A stretch of DNA of 24,559 nt from Ginkgo biloba (taxonomy: Eukaryota; Plantae; Ginkgophyta): positions 4,426,163-4,450,721 of the forward strand of contig JANKJI020000004.1 of assembly GCA_024626585.2 (NCBI GenBank), in the 5' to 3' direction. The position numbers and the translations under genes are program-made. The notes below the pieces were generated by a model. The model was not told where the DNA came from. It was given only the letters and a program-made list of their open reading frames with translations, and did not search any database. Shown one piece after another: positions 1 through 11,042 of this stretch; positions within the stretch are counted from its first letter, which is position 1; each line of letters starts with the position of its first letter.

Positions 1-890
1 TAAATTCTTTTGGATTCCTCTATCCAGAATAGTTGAGACCATCTTATCTTTCACTTGAAGCTTCAAAGTAAAAATATTTTCTCTTTCCTTTCCATTATCC
101 TTGGTGTTCACTAGTTCTATCAAAATATTTGGTTCATTTGAAGTAATGGATACTTTAGGAATGTCCCTATTTTCCTTTTTCTTTATTTGATATAGAGTGT
201 TAGGTTCCTTCTTTGGATTTAGTTTAAGCCAATTAGCTTCCTCATGAATTATCTTCCCATAGTGCCAACACTTATAGCTATGATCAAAACCTATTTTCTT
301 ATTATCCTTATTGAAAGACAATATAGAAGAAGAAGTGTTCTTCTACTTGGCCTCTCCCTAAAAGTCTTAGGGAGTCTTCCATAAAACTTCAACCTTGGAA
401 GGAAACCTATATGCCTCTTATAAAAACTCAAGAGAAAAAATCTTAACCTTGTGACGAAGTTGATTATGAATTCTACTAACAAACCTTAGTACCATATTCT
501 CCTTAGGCTTCCTTATCTCCAAGATGATGGAGAGATCTTGATACTCATAATAGTCCTCAAGTGATAAGCTTGTTTTTTTTTAAAGATATTACCGCTTGAG
601 TTATAGTCCATCTTCATAACCTAAAGGATATAAGTTCTTCCTCAAATCCTCATTAAAGTCTAACCAAGATATAATAGGATACTTTTTCTCTTTCTCATGT
701 TCCTCGCAATAAACTCCCATTATAAGAGATCCTTCCTAGACATCTTCAAGCATGCAATAGTATTTTTTTCATGTCTATATAATCTTGACAAGAAAAGTAA
801 CCTCTAAAGATTAAATCTAGGATTCGAGAGACTCTACATTCATCTTACCATCAAATAATTTAATCTCAAATTTAGACTTCACCTGAAAAT
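1..890 (-). mobile_element. Degenerate Ty3/gypsy gag and protease N-terminus
   Basis: Manual minus-strand translation across stops and frameshifts gives FQVKSKFEIKLFDGKMNVESLES*I*SLEV (gag start), ISWLDFNEDLRKNLYPLGY and ENMVLRFVSRIHNQLR (Retrotrans_gag-like), a decayed zinc knuckle CWHYGKIIHEEANW (~235-270) and IFTLKLQVKDKMVSTILDRGIQKNL (decayed protease D-S-G site, 1-80). Confidence 0.8.
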
Positions 891-1387
891 GATATAGTCC
901 TAAAGTTGGATATGAAATAACAATAGGAGTAGAAATATTATCAAAAGAATTAGATGTTGAAATAAGAGGAGTGGTTTTGAAGAAGTCACAAATGATGGTG
1001 GAACTAATGAAGAAGGTACACTTAGCGATATATGATCTCAACCTATAATTACTAAATTAGAGTAATAAGTACTCTCATCATCTTCTTCCTATTCATTTTC
1101 TCCTACCTAATTTTTTACACCATAGCTTGCATCTCAATAATTTCATCCTCAAGAGTTCTCTCTAGAAACTCTCCTAACTCACCAAATTAATCCCTTTTAT
1201 TTTCTTTAGATTTTGGCTAAATCATAAAAGGATTATTTAGGGGAACTCATGTATTCTTATTTCCTTCACCTGGAACATCCTTGTACTCCATATCCTAGAC
1301 ATAAATATTGTATATACCCTAAGAAGAAAAAATTAGAAATGGAAATATCATGCAAACTAAACGTCTCACATTAATGGAGCAAATCAA

Positions 1388-1403
1388 TTTCATACCAATT
1401 GAT
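1388..1403 (-). mobile_element. Putative 5' LTR end (ATCA) and decayed tRNA-Met primer-binding site of the gypsy element at 1-890
   Basis: Minus strand reads GGATATATCA-at-TGGTATGAAA, resembling LTR end, 2-nt spacer, TGGTATCAGA. It lies ~500 bp upstream of gag in the right orientation. Confidence 0.45.
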
Positions 1404-4400
1404 ATATCCTTGATGAAAAAATCTAAAGGTGTCCCTTTAGTTATGTGAAAGTAAATGAAAAACTCAAGGATACTCAAGGAATACACCATTGTATTATTGT
1501 CTTCCATGCATAGTAAGATTCCTCTACTCTAAATGACCTTAACCATCATTGTATACAACTAACTCTTTGTTCTAAAACTAAATTCTAACTCTTCAAAAAA
1601 AAAAAGGGGATGACATTCTTAAAAGGAAATGCAACTTCCCTATTAACACAACACATTTTTCTAACTATGATGCAACATGTTTGTCTGGTGCAGCTGGTTT
1701 GTCCTAAACCTAAATATTCTACTTGATCCTTTTAAACATGTGCATATTCTAGCATGTAAAACAATATCATGAATTCGATAGGATCTTTTATAATCTACAA
1801 AAATACATGCATGGTTCCCTAATAACATATTCTCCATCTTATAAAGTACTTGAAGAATCTATGAATTCACAAGTAATCAAAGTAGATTTGGACAATAAAG
1901 AAGTTATTGAGTTAACTACCCCAAGTAACCTCAATAATACAATAATGCAATGATGTTATAATGCAAATGCATGGCTTCTTTTATGTGAAGGCCATGAGTA
2001 AAAATAATAAAATGCCCATGTGAAAGTCAAATTTCATATAAATATCCATAGAAATGTAGAATTTATTTCCATGCAAGGAGTTTATAGTCATTAAATATTT
2101 TAATGGTGGAGGCTACACCACATATCAGGAGAAAACCAATTGTGGGAAAAAAAATCCTAATTAATAATTATGGAAAAAAATTAAATCCTCAAAAGGATTT
2201 CTATAAGGTCATATCACCCTTCTTCCTAGTGATTATACCGATAGGACCTCATGGGAGGCCCTTGTGTCCTTATGGAATATCAATAATTATTATCTTAGAC
2301 TTAACCACTTGTTGTAAATATTTTTTATTCAAAATTTTAGTGGTTGTATTTTCTCATATCGATATTATTTGACCACTATTAAAACAAAGTTATTTTGACT
2401 TTATTCCAAGGTTTGATGAAGATAATAATAAATTGAGTAAATTCCTTAAAGATGAATTCATAATTAATTACAATTATAGATGGACCCTTAAATATAAGTT
2501 TACATTATAAAATAAGACTCTAGAATCTTAACATAGTTATATAATATGAGTACTGATATAAATTAGGGTTAACTTATTTATCTCGTAAAATAAGTCCTTG
2601 TCAAGTATTTTGGCATACATAATTTATTATAATAAATTATACTAAATGTGATGTAACCTGCTTGGTAGGAGTTCATGAGGTCCCCGGGGGGGGTTACTGT
2701 AAGTTTTTTGTACATACCACGTGAGTTCTACAGGGGGGTTTTTTANNNNNNNNNNNNNNNNNNNNNNNNNNNNNNNNNNNNNNNNNNNNNNNNNNNNNNN
2801 NNNNNNNNNNNNNNNNNNNNNNNNNNNNNNNNNNNNNNNNNNNNNATTGCCGAGTAATTCAAGTAGTAATATGATAGTGTACTTCTTGAGTACTGTTATA
2901 TTTTCAAGATGCTTGGATTGTATTCCTAAAGAGTTCACCTTTAGATTTCTTTCATCAAAAGTACACTAAATATTGCATGGATGGGTAAAGGCATCATATG
3001 GATAGGAAAAGGCACTATGTAGACAAGAATTTTTTTTGCATACTTAGAGAAAGGTATGGATTCTTGCAACACCGATCTGAGAGTAATTTTCTCTTAGTTT
3101 GTTGATCTATTTAATAATGTCTTCAATCTAATTATCTTTTGTTACCTACACCAAGGATATAAAAGCTACACATTTCTTTATTTTAGACTTTTGAGATCCT
3201 TTTTGAGTGTATCCAAAGAATCAAAGGATTTTTCTAAATATCCTTTAGATTGAAGTTGAATGATCCCTACCACTAAAACTCATCAATTAGTATTAGAATA
3301 GGTCCAATAGCTAGATTAATATTCTTTAAATTATTTGGTTTATTCTTTTGGTATGTACACATTAGTTGATGATATGGACTAGGAAAGACTACATTAAGGT
3401 AAGATTAGTATTAAAAGAGATTTTATTACCAAGAGAAAGAAGAGATCCATTATTTTATTCCACTTCTAGCATAATGCAATAAGAAGGGAGTCTAAATAAT
3501 GAAGAATATACCAATCCTTCTTTTATTAAGCATTGTGAGATGAAGAGTCCAACGAGTTTTAATGACAAGTGTGTATCCTTCCCCTTCAAAGTATAGTGTT
3601 GTCAAGCTTTCCAGGACCCTGGCCTATTATATCCTTCTAGAGGTGAAGAAAACTAGTTTTATATTAAAACCTTGGAGCTTAGAGAACATTTGATTGCTCA
3701 CCTACTTGGATCTACTTCTTAGCCCACCTACCTAACTAGTTGATAAGTTACAATTTTTGGAGTACTTAGTACATTACTCTTGTGTTCATTGTCCTATGCG
3801 ATTTTGACCATACTCTAAGAATTATCATAAAAAATTAATCAAGAATTGTTTTGAATTTTTCTTACCAAATTTTATTCCATTGCAAACANNNNNNNNNNNN
3901 NNNNNNNNNNNNNNNNNNNNNNNNNNNNNNNNNNNNNNNNNNNNNNNNNNNNNNNNNNNNNNNNNNNNNNNNNNNNNNNNNNNNNNNNACATAACACTTT
4001 TTTATTTTCTGACATAAGTCAAATTTTTATTTAAATATTTGAATAATTTTAAGAGATAACTAGTATTATTCATAGAAAATATTACATATCTTTCCCCGCC
4101 TTAACAATATTTTATGATCTTATTTTTTCCCATCTCTTAACGTCAAGGCCTTAGATTAAAAAATATATCTTTTTATAGTCTTTTTTCCCAATAAATTTTT
4201 GCATATATATTTAAATTTATTATACTAATAATTCATTTAACCAATCAATATGGTAGGATGGATATGTATCCATCCCCAAATAACCCAAATTGTGCAACAA
4301 ATAGGATTATGTGTCATACGATTCAAGTGTACAAGGACACATTGGATGTTGCAATAATATAATAAAGAGCATATGCATTATAATTAATGGAGTGTAAGGA

Positions 4401-4449
4401 AGTTATTCTTATAATCAAAGTGATAGTATACTATGCAAGGCTAACTGCA

Positions 4450-4677
4450 TAGTGTTTGTTATTGATAATCATAACCACACTCAATTTATTTTTAAATGAT
4501 TTCACTTGAAATTGACTAAGGTACATATGGTGTTTAATTCTTATACTTTTAATCCTTATAAATCTAGTGTTTGTTATTGATAATCATAACAATACTCAAT
4601 CAATTTTTAAATGATTACACTTGAAATAGACTAAGGTACATAGGATCTTTGATTCTTATACTTTTAATCCTTTATAA
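4450..4677. repeat. Two-copy tandem direct repeat, period 115 bp
   Basis: TAGTGTTTGTTATTGATAATCATAAC starts at 4450 and at 4565; both units share ACTAAGGTACATA and TTCTTATACTTTTAATCCTT. Confidence 0.9.
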
Positions 4678-5829
4678 CTGTAACCCTAAAGTATTAAGTT
4701 ATATTAATCTCACGGTGAATTAGTTGGAAATCTTGGTCGGCCACATCATTTATTTGAGCTTGGGAAAAATGATTGTACTCATTGTAAATAAAATCTATAC
4801 ATTACATTCTTCATCTTTACATTCATTAAAGTTTACTGTTTTATATGGATATATCCATTTAACAAATCTTTTAGTCTATGAAATATGGAATATAGATGTT
4901 AAAAGAAAAGGTTTTAAATAATTATGGACTTTCCTTTTAAAATTTTCTATATTGGGGGAATATAGTAAAAACTTTCTAATATAGTTTTAAAAAATAAAAA
5001 ATGTTTCAAAGATATTTTTATGATATTAAATATTTATTATTTTTATTTTTATAAATATGTTATTTCTTTAGTAATGAGGAGGCAGTTGGACATGCCTATT
5101 TTTTTAGTATAATACTTGTCCTTGCTTGTGGAAAATAATTACCATGTGTCAAATTTTAAATGCATTCAATATNNNNNNNNNNNNNNNNNNNNNNNNNNNN
5201 NNNNNNNNNNNNNNNNNNNNNNNNNNNNNNNNNNNNNNNNNNNNNNNNNNNNNNNNNNNNNNNNNNNNNNNNGGTTTAAAATTATAAGAATTATAGAAAT
5301 TTAATTCAAATACATTACAAAAATAGGCAAAGGACTTATCACTATGAGGCTAATGTGCTCGTCAATAATTAGCTTCCCTTATTAAGTTTTGAGTCGTTGA
5401 TTTTCTACTGCGTATAAGGAGTATTGTTCCATATATCTCATTTTTATGCGTGCATCATCGCACAAACTTGTTTCTCGAAAAATTCACATCAATTAATATA
5501 TAAAGAAATCGCAACAAATAGACGAGAATAACATTGAAACTCCATATCGAATTGACCCTTGTTTTCACAAGAGATATGCCAGGCCCCCATGTAATAACAG
5601 TAACGTACATTTTTTTTACAATGGAAAAATAACAAGAAATTTGATAATACGAAAATCAAGAGACGCTATTATGAACACAATTTACACACTAAATCTAAAA
5701 AATTGCTAGAATTTCACTACAATGCCTCCAGCATCGTGGATACTCCAACGCAAAAAATAATTCTGAATCTAAGAACGTTTCCTCAAACGAAGCCTAGTAC
5801 CATCGAAACGCACGGAAACACTACGGTGT

Positions 5830-6559
5830 TTACATAAGAATGCTAGCTAAAGTCAGCCCTACGACAAGGGTGATGATGGACGGTGTGAATACAGTACCAG
5901 CTCCGCTTCCAGAGTTGGTGTTTGTACCCGTGCTAGACGGAGTAGTGCTACCGCCATTGGAACTATTATCATTATTATTATTATTATCAGGAGTGGATGC
6001 TGTAGGTCCTGATTCTGTTTGTGGAACCGATGGAGAACCCACGGAGGGAACCGTTGGAACTCCAACCGGAGTTTGAGTATCCGTTGTAGAAGGCGCAGGA
6101 GGGGAAATGCCTGTTGGTGCTACAGGTGTTGCCGGTGCAGGACTCGACCCTGAGACCAGTTCAGTATTAACAAATAATTCCAAGTCTATAAGCGAAAATG
6201 AAGAAGTAGTCAGAGAAGAAAACGTATAATATACCTGGAGATGCAACTGGAGGTGTGACAGGAACACCCGCTGCAGGTGGAGGGGCAACAGGCGCACCTG
6301 AACCTGAACCTGAACCTGCAATAATCAATGCAATAGTAAGAGTAAAATTTTTGGCTTCAATTTTTCTAAATATATTAAATAATCACACAAAGTAGTTTGT
6401 AATTGAAGTATAAATAATACCTGTGCATTGGATGAGAGGTGGAGTGTTGACATTACAAAGTCCAGGAAGGGTGAGAGCCTGAGTTTGGTTAATGGGAAAG
6501 CCGAGGGGATTGCTGGTGCCAAAAAATTGGCAGAGACATGAAGCTGCATTGTTCGCGGC
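5830..6559 (-). CDS. LTPG: GPI-anchored non-specific lipid-transfer protein (type G nsLTP / xylogen-like), 5'-partial. Exons: 6559..6421 (open at gap), 6315..6235, 6149..5830
   Basis: Second half of the 8-Cys motif (AANNAASCLCQFFGTSNPLGFPINQTQALTLPGLCNVNTPPLIQCT). GT-AG phase-1 introns at 6420-6316 and 6234-6150 keep the frame into a Pro/Ser/Thr/Ala-rich AGP-like linker (AP/TP/SP/VP dipeptides) and a hydrophobic GPI-signal-like tail (GAGTVFTPSIITLVVGLTLASILM*). The signal peptide and first Cys residues are not visible (gap 6560-6659). Confidence 0.9.
5965..5988. repeat. (ATT)5 coding microsatellite giving DNNNNNDN in the LTPG linker
   Basis: attatc(att)5atc read directly from the sequence. 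Confidence 0.85.
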
Positions 6560-6659
6560 NNNNNNNNNNNNNNNNNNNNNNNNNNNNNNNNNNNNNNNNN
6601 NNNNNNNNNNNNNNNNNNNNNNNNNNNNNNNNNNNNNNNNNNNNNNNNNNNNNNNNNNN

Positions 6660-6938
6660 GAGAAGCCCTTGTCATCATCACCTTTTTAGTGATAGATAAA
6701 ATATTGCCTAATCTTAAAGGAATTGACAATGCCCATGACATATGTAAGAAGTTGAAGTCATTATATGAAACAAGCAATGGACTTACAATTTTATTGCTAA
6801 AAAATAAACTTCAAGGCTTGAAGATGTTGGAGAACAATAGCATTATTAATCATGATGAAGATGCAAGAAATCAAGGAGCAATTGCTATCAATCGAATAGG
6901 AGATTGAAGACAAATACTTTGTGACAATTCTTCTAAAT
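6660..6938 (+). mobile_element. Ty1/copia gag fragment (Retrotran_gag_2/UBN2-like)
   Basis: EALVIITFLVIDKILPNLKGIDNAHDICKKLKSLYETSNGLTILLLKNKLQGLKMLENNSIINH, then a frameshift, then MKMQEIKEQLLSIE*EIEDKYFVTILLN. This fits the copia gag pattern LxxLYExxN...LKNKLxxLKMxE...QLxxIG...VxxLLxSLP. Confidence 0.8.
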
Positions 6939-6985
6939 ATATTAGATAATCACAAAGTAATTTGTAATTGAAGTATATATATTAC

Positions 6986-7334
6986 CTGTGCATTGGATGA
7001 GAGGTGGAGTGTTGACATTACAGAGTCCAAGAAGGGTGAGAGCTTGAGTTTGGTTAATGGAAAAGCCGAGGGGATTACTGGTGCCAAAAAATTGGCAAAG
7101 ACATGAAGCTACATTGTTCACGACTACAGCAAGTGTAGTGGAACAAGTTTAATTTGAAGCATTGGTAGTCCTTATAATGTAGCCTAGGCATGGATTCAAA
7201 CTCACAAACGCATTTGTGCAGCCTGTAGATGTAGGCGGTGTCTGCGCTTCCACAATACCGCTTCCCACTGAAACTATGAGTACCACCATGCCGATTACAG
7301 CAATTAATGGTCTCCGTTCTGTAATATCCGCCAT
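6986..7334 (-). pseudogene. LTPG: Duplicated, decayed exon 1 of the LTPG gene (signal peptide plus 8-Cys domain)
   Basis: ATG at 7334: MADITERRPLIAVIGMVVLIVSVGSGIVEAQTPPTSTGCTNAFVSLNPCLGYIIRTTNASN*TCSTTLAVVVNNVASCLCQFFGTSNPLGFSINQTQALTLLGLCNVNTPPLIQCT. In-frame TAA at 7151-7149, CC doublet read as CS, GT donor kept at 6985. By manual alignment 130/139 nt identical to 6421-6559. Confidence 0.85.
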
Positions 7335-7991
7335 CGCCGTAATTGAGACCAGGCAGAGGAATATTGAAGAAAGGTATTCGGAGCAGGAATGCCGTAGAGT
7401 AATGAGCGACAAAGGTGACTTTGAGTGCAAGGATGGATAAGTGGTGGTTTTGAGCGAAGAAGAGGGGAAGCGGGTTTTTAAAGGAGCGAAGGAAGGAGTG
7501 TCAAATGATACACGAAATAGCAAGGTGTCGAATACCAGTGAAGTTCTTGTTATGGTTCACCAAACCGCTCCTACTCTTTGTGGTTTTATAAAGTTTGTTA
7601 AGAAAGTTGGGAGCGCGCCCCAAGCTCACTGAAACAATCTCCATCACCAAAGTTGTTTTTTCTACGTCCTTTATTAACTCCTCGGCCACATATCTGAAAT
7701 TCTTAAGCTTCTGTGTAACAATCTAGTCTTTCAACCCAACTAACATAGTCAGTAAATCGAATTTCAAGAATGAAATACATACACGAATAAAGCATACCAT
7801 ACATCAAGCAGTCAAGAGAACAAACTAGACCACTAGGACCAAGGGGGGCAAGTCATTGTGTCATACACAAACTACCACTATTGGCCAAGAGNNNNNNNNN
7901 NNNNNNNNNNNNNNNNNNNNNNNNNNNNNNNNNNNNNNNNNNNNNNNNNNNNNNNNNNNNNNNNNNNNNNNNNNNNNNNNNNNNNNNNNNN

Positions 7992-8229
7992 CATATTTTC
8001 CTAAATAAAGAATGAGTTTGGCCTTATCAATAAAAAATGGGTTTCCTAATAAAATGTTGGTACAGTCCATAGGTACTACATCACAAGTAACCTCATTAAT
8101 AAACTCTTTGGTGATCACAAATCTAAAAGTATAGTATTATGTATCTTGATCACTCTCCTCCTTATTTCTATCACTGGTCTCATAAGTTTTAAGACACTCC
8201 TCAAGGTATAACCCCAACTCCTTAACCAT
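7992..8229 (-). mobile_element. Ty3/gypsy aspartic protease, C-terminal half
   Basis: MVKELGL...FRFVITKEFINEVTCDVVPMDCTNILLGNPFFID matches the plant gypsy motif DEVxCDVVPMDxCHxLLGRPW. Confidence 0.8.
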
Positions 8230-8816
8230 TGTAAAGCATATTAATGCCTAACGCATGCATAGTGTTAATCCTACTCAAATAATATTAGATAGACATCATA
8301 TTCATATCACATTCACATACATAAGAGACTATACACATATCTATAAAAAACCATCCAATCCTTATATTACTGATTTAGAGAGTATAAGACATGAGTACAT
8401 AGATCCATTACATCATTATACATCATTGATTTCTACTACTTCATCCTATCTTATGTCTAATATATATACAGAGTGCAGATGGTTAGATAGCCATTATGAC
8501 AATTACATTCTATAGAATAAGTTAGAGACTTATTTTAGGCTCACTCGTTGACGTCAGTGAACAAATTTGATTGATGTCAGACTTCCTTGATGATGATGAT
8601 GAAGATCTAGTGAGGTCTACCCTAACCTTCATTAGTGGGCCGACTCACATCATTGTAGAATCATGAGGCACTATCCTTTATTAGTGTCAGTATTACTGAA
8701 TAATACATGTCGATGTCATCCAAGTTATCCTCAACAATCATTAGCGAACCAACTCTTTTCAGTGTCAATCTAAACTATTTCTAACATGCATTAGTTTCCT
8801 CATCTAACACTCCCCC
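8230..8816 (-). mobile_element. Copia-type polypurine tract and putative 3' LTR (~580 bp)
   Basis: Minus strand GGGGGAG (8816-8810) directly followed by TGTTAG (8809). The proposed other end, ...TTTACA at 8230, coincides with the point where the gypsy protease frame stops. Confidence 0.55.
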
Positions 8817-9335
8817 ATGCCTAAATCTTTGTCTTATCTCGAGCCAAGTTTAAAATGTTAAAATATCCAAATCCAACATGAAGCCTTCATGGTGATGGGT
8901 TTTTTATAAATCTAGAAGGGTTAGTGAGAGTTCCATCTAGAGTTGAGACCACTCCTTGGTGATCTATGTAATTGACTACAGATGCATTTTTATGATGTTA
9001 ACGATGGTAGACCCATCTGGGTTAGGTTTAGCGATATCCTCCTAAATTTAATAAAGGTTATCTTTATAAATATTCACTTGGCATTTCACTTGATATTTGA
9101 CTAACTTGACCTTCCCCTTATAATGATGCAATAGTCCAATAGTATTATGGATTTCTTCTTAGGTCTAAATATATGCCCGTTGAGCCTTCAGGTATTAAGG
9201 CGTGAGAATAGCCAAATCCTCTATAACCTCCATATNNNNNNNNNNNNNNNNNNNNNNNNNNNNNNNNNNNNNNNNNNNNNNNNNNNNNNNNNNNNNNNNN
9301 NNNNNNNNNNNNNNNNNNNNNNNNNNNNNNNNNNN

Positions 9336-10942
9336 TTATAAACATCAAACTAGTTCATCATGTTGGTCAATCTTATTGTAAGTGACCCCTTCCTTGACAT
9401 GATATTTATTTTACCTTCTAGTATTGTGCTATTAGTAGGGGAATTTTAGTCATTCATGCAAAGAATTCTGACTCAATTGTGTCTCCCTTGAATTGCCTAA
9501 TTTAGGAAGTGTGTCCCTTAATCACTTATAGTTTGGATTGGGGATCCAAATGTAGTGATTACGTTCTCATATAGAAATTTGGAAATTGTCTTCATTGTAA
9601 AATATTTTATCAGAGTTGCTTTCACCCACTTAGTTACATAATCTGTCACTATGATGATATATCTAGCTTGTGCTTGTAAAGATTGGATGAAAAAAGGTCC
9701 AAACAAATATATTGTCCATTTTTCAAATGGCGCTCTTGGAAAAACCAGTTGAAGTGGCATCTCATCCCTTATTATTGATCTTCCCATCCATTGACACTCA
9801 TCATACTTCTTTACAAACTCAACTACATCCTTGTATAGGGTATTCCACCATAACCCTACTTACAGTACATTCCTTGTTGTTTTCTCTCTGTGATAATGAC
9901 CTCCTCCCATTATTGCATGTGCTTCTTGTAGAATAATTTTCTTCTCGTGTTTAAATATGCACCTTCTTAGTACTGAGTATGCTCCCATCTTGTATAAGTT
10001 TCTATTTATTAACTAATAACGAAATGATTTTAATGCCAACCTCTACGTCTCTTTGATCGATATTGTCATTGGTGCCTCTCCTTTCATAAAAAAATATAAA
10101 ATATCCTCTAATGACTCAGGTACCTCTTGTACTTTGAACAAATCTACATTGGATAACTCATATTCTCCTTACACTAGATCCTCTCTTGTGTCAATTCTAG
10201 ACAAGTGGTCGGGTTTAAAATTATATTGGCAATTTTATGATGACATCAAACTCAAACTCCTAGAACAACAATATCCACCTTTGAATTTTACCTTGATGGA
10301 TCAGTTTGTTGATAAGGTGTTTCAAAGCCTAGTGTTTAGTGAAGAACTTGAACTTCTTTTCCAATAGGAAGTGTCAAAACTTCTATAGGGATAATACCAT
10401 TGCTAGTTCCTCTTGCTATATCATTGTGTAGTTCTTCTCTAGGATCNNNNNNNNNNTAGTAAACTAGGTGGTCTACTTTTTCCTTCCCTAGTTGTGCTAA
10501 TATGGCACCAATAGCGATGCTCAATTCATCTATATGTATATGGAAGATCACATCCCAATTGGAATGTCTCAATATTAGTGCATTAGACAATTTTTCCTTA
10601 AGGGTGTCCATCTCCTACTAACACTTTGTCATCCACTTGAACATCTTGTTGTTATTCAACAAGGACTCAATTGGTGCAACTATGTAAAAATATTTTGTAA
10701 TGAATTTTCTATAATATCCCATATGACCCAAGAATACCTAGACTCCCCTTTGATCTTTTGGTGGTTTAAGGTCTATGAAGACCTTTATCTTGGTTATATC
10801 TACCATGATTCTATCTTTTCATACTATATGGCCCATCAATACTCTAAATAGATTAAATAAAATACTCTTCTTAATATTCAAGGCAATTTGTACTTGTCGA
10901 TACCTCTTTGACATCATCCTCAATTGTTTAATATAATCTTTG
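9336..10942 (-). mobile_element. Degenerate Ty3/gypsy pol (RT end, RNase H, integrase), probably non-chromovirus type
   Basis: ALNIKKS..LMGHIV, VFLGHMGYYRKFI, LKEKLSNALIL..WDVIFHIHID..AIGAILAQ, DEMPLQ..PFEKW..GPF, RYIIIVTDYVTKWVKA, FLYENVITTFGSPIQTISD*GTHFLN. The order is RT-RH-INT, with many stops. Confidence 0.92.
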
Positions 10943-11042
10943 NNNNNNNNNNNNNNNNNNNNNNNNNNNNNNNNNNNNNNNNNNNNNNNNNNNNNNNNNN
11001 NNNNNNNNNNNNNNNNNNNNNNNNNNNNNNNNNNNNNNNNNN

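Noticed and set aside
2846-3888. Decayed coding-like contig, probably TE-derived
   Set aside because: No diagnostic domain motif could be read in any frame.
6150-6321. N-terminus MQVQVQVQV... of ORF 5830..6321
   Set aside because: It reads exon 2 in the wrong frame and then intron 2; only 5830-6149 is coding in that frame.
7335-7523. 63-aa N-terminal extension of ORF 7149..7523
   Set aside because: Non-ATG start and 5'-UTR-like sequence; the signal peptide begins at the ATG at 7334.
7643-7653. ATCACCAAAGT upstream of the LTPG copy, matching the inverted-repeat core upstream of the TIR gene at a similar distance
   Set aside because: A single short match; a similar word also occurs inside gypsy protease (~8106), so chance is sufficient.
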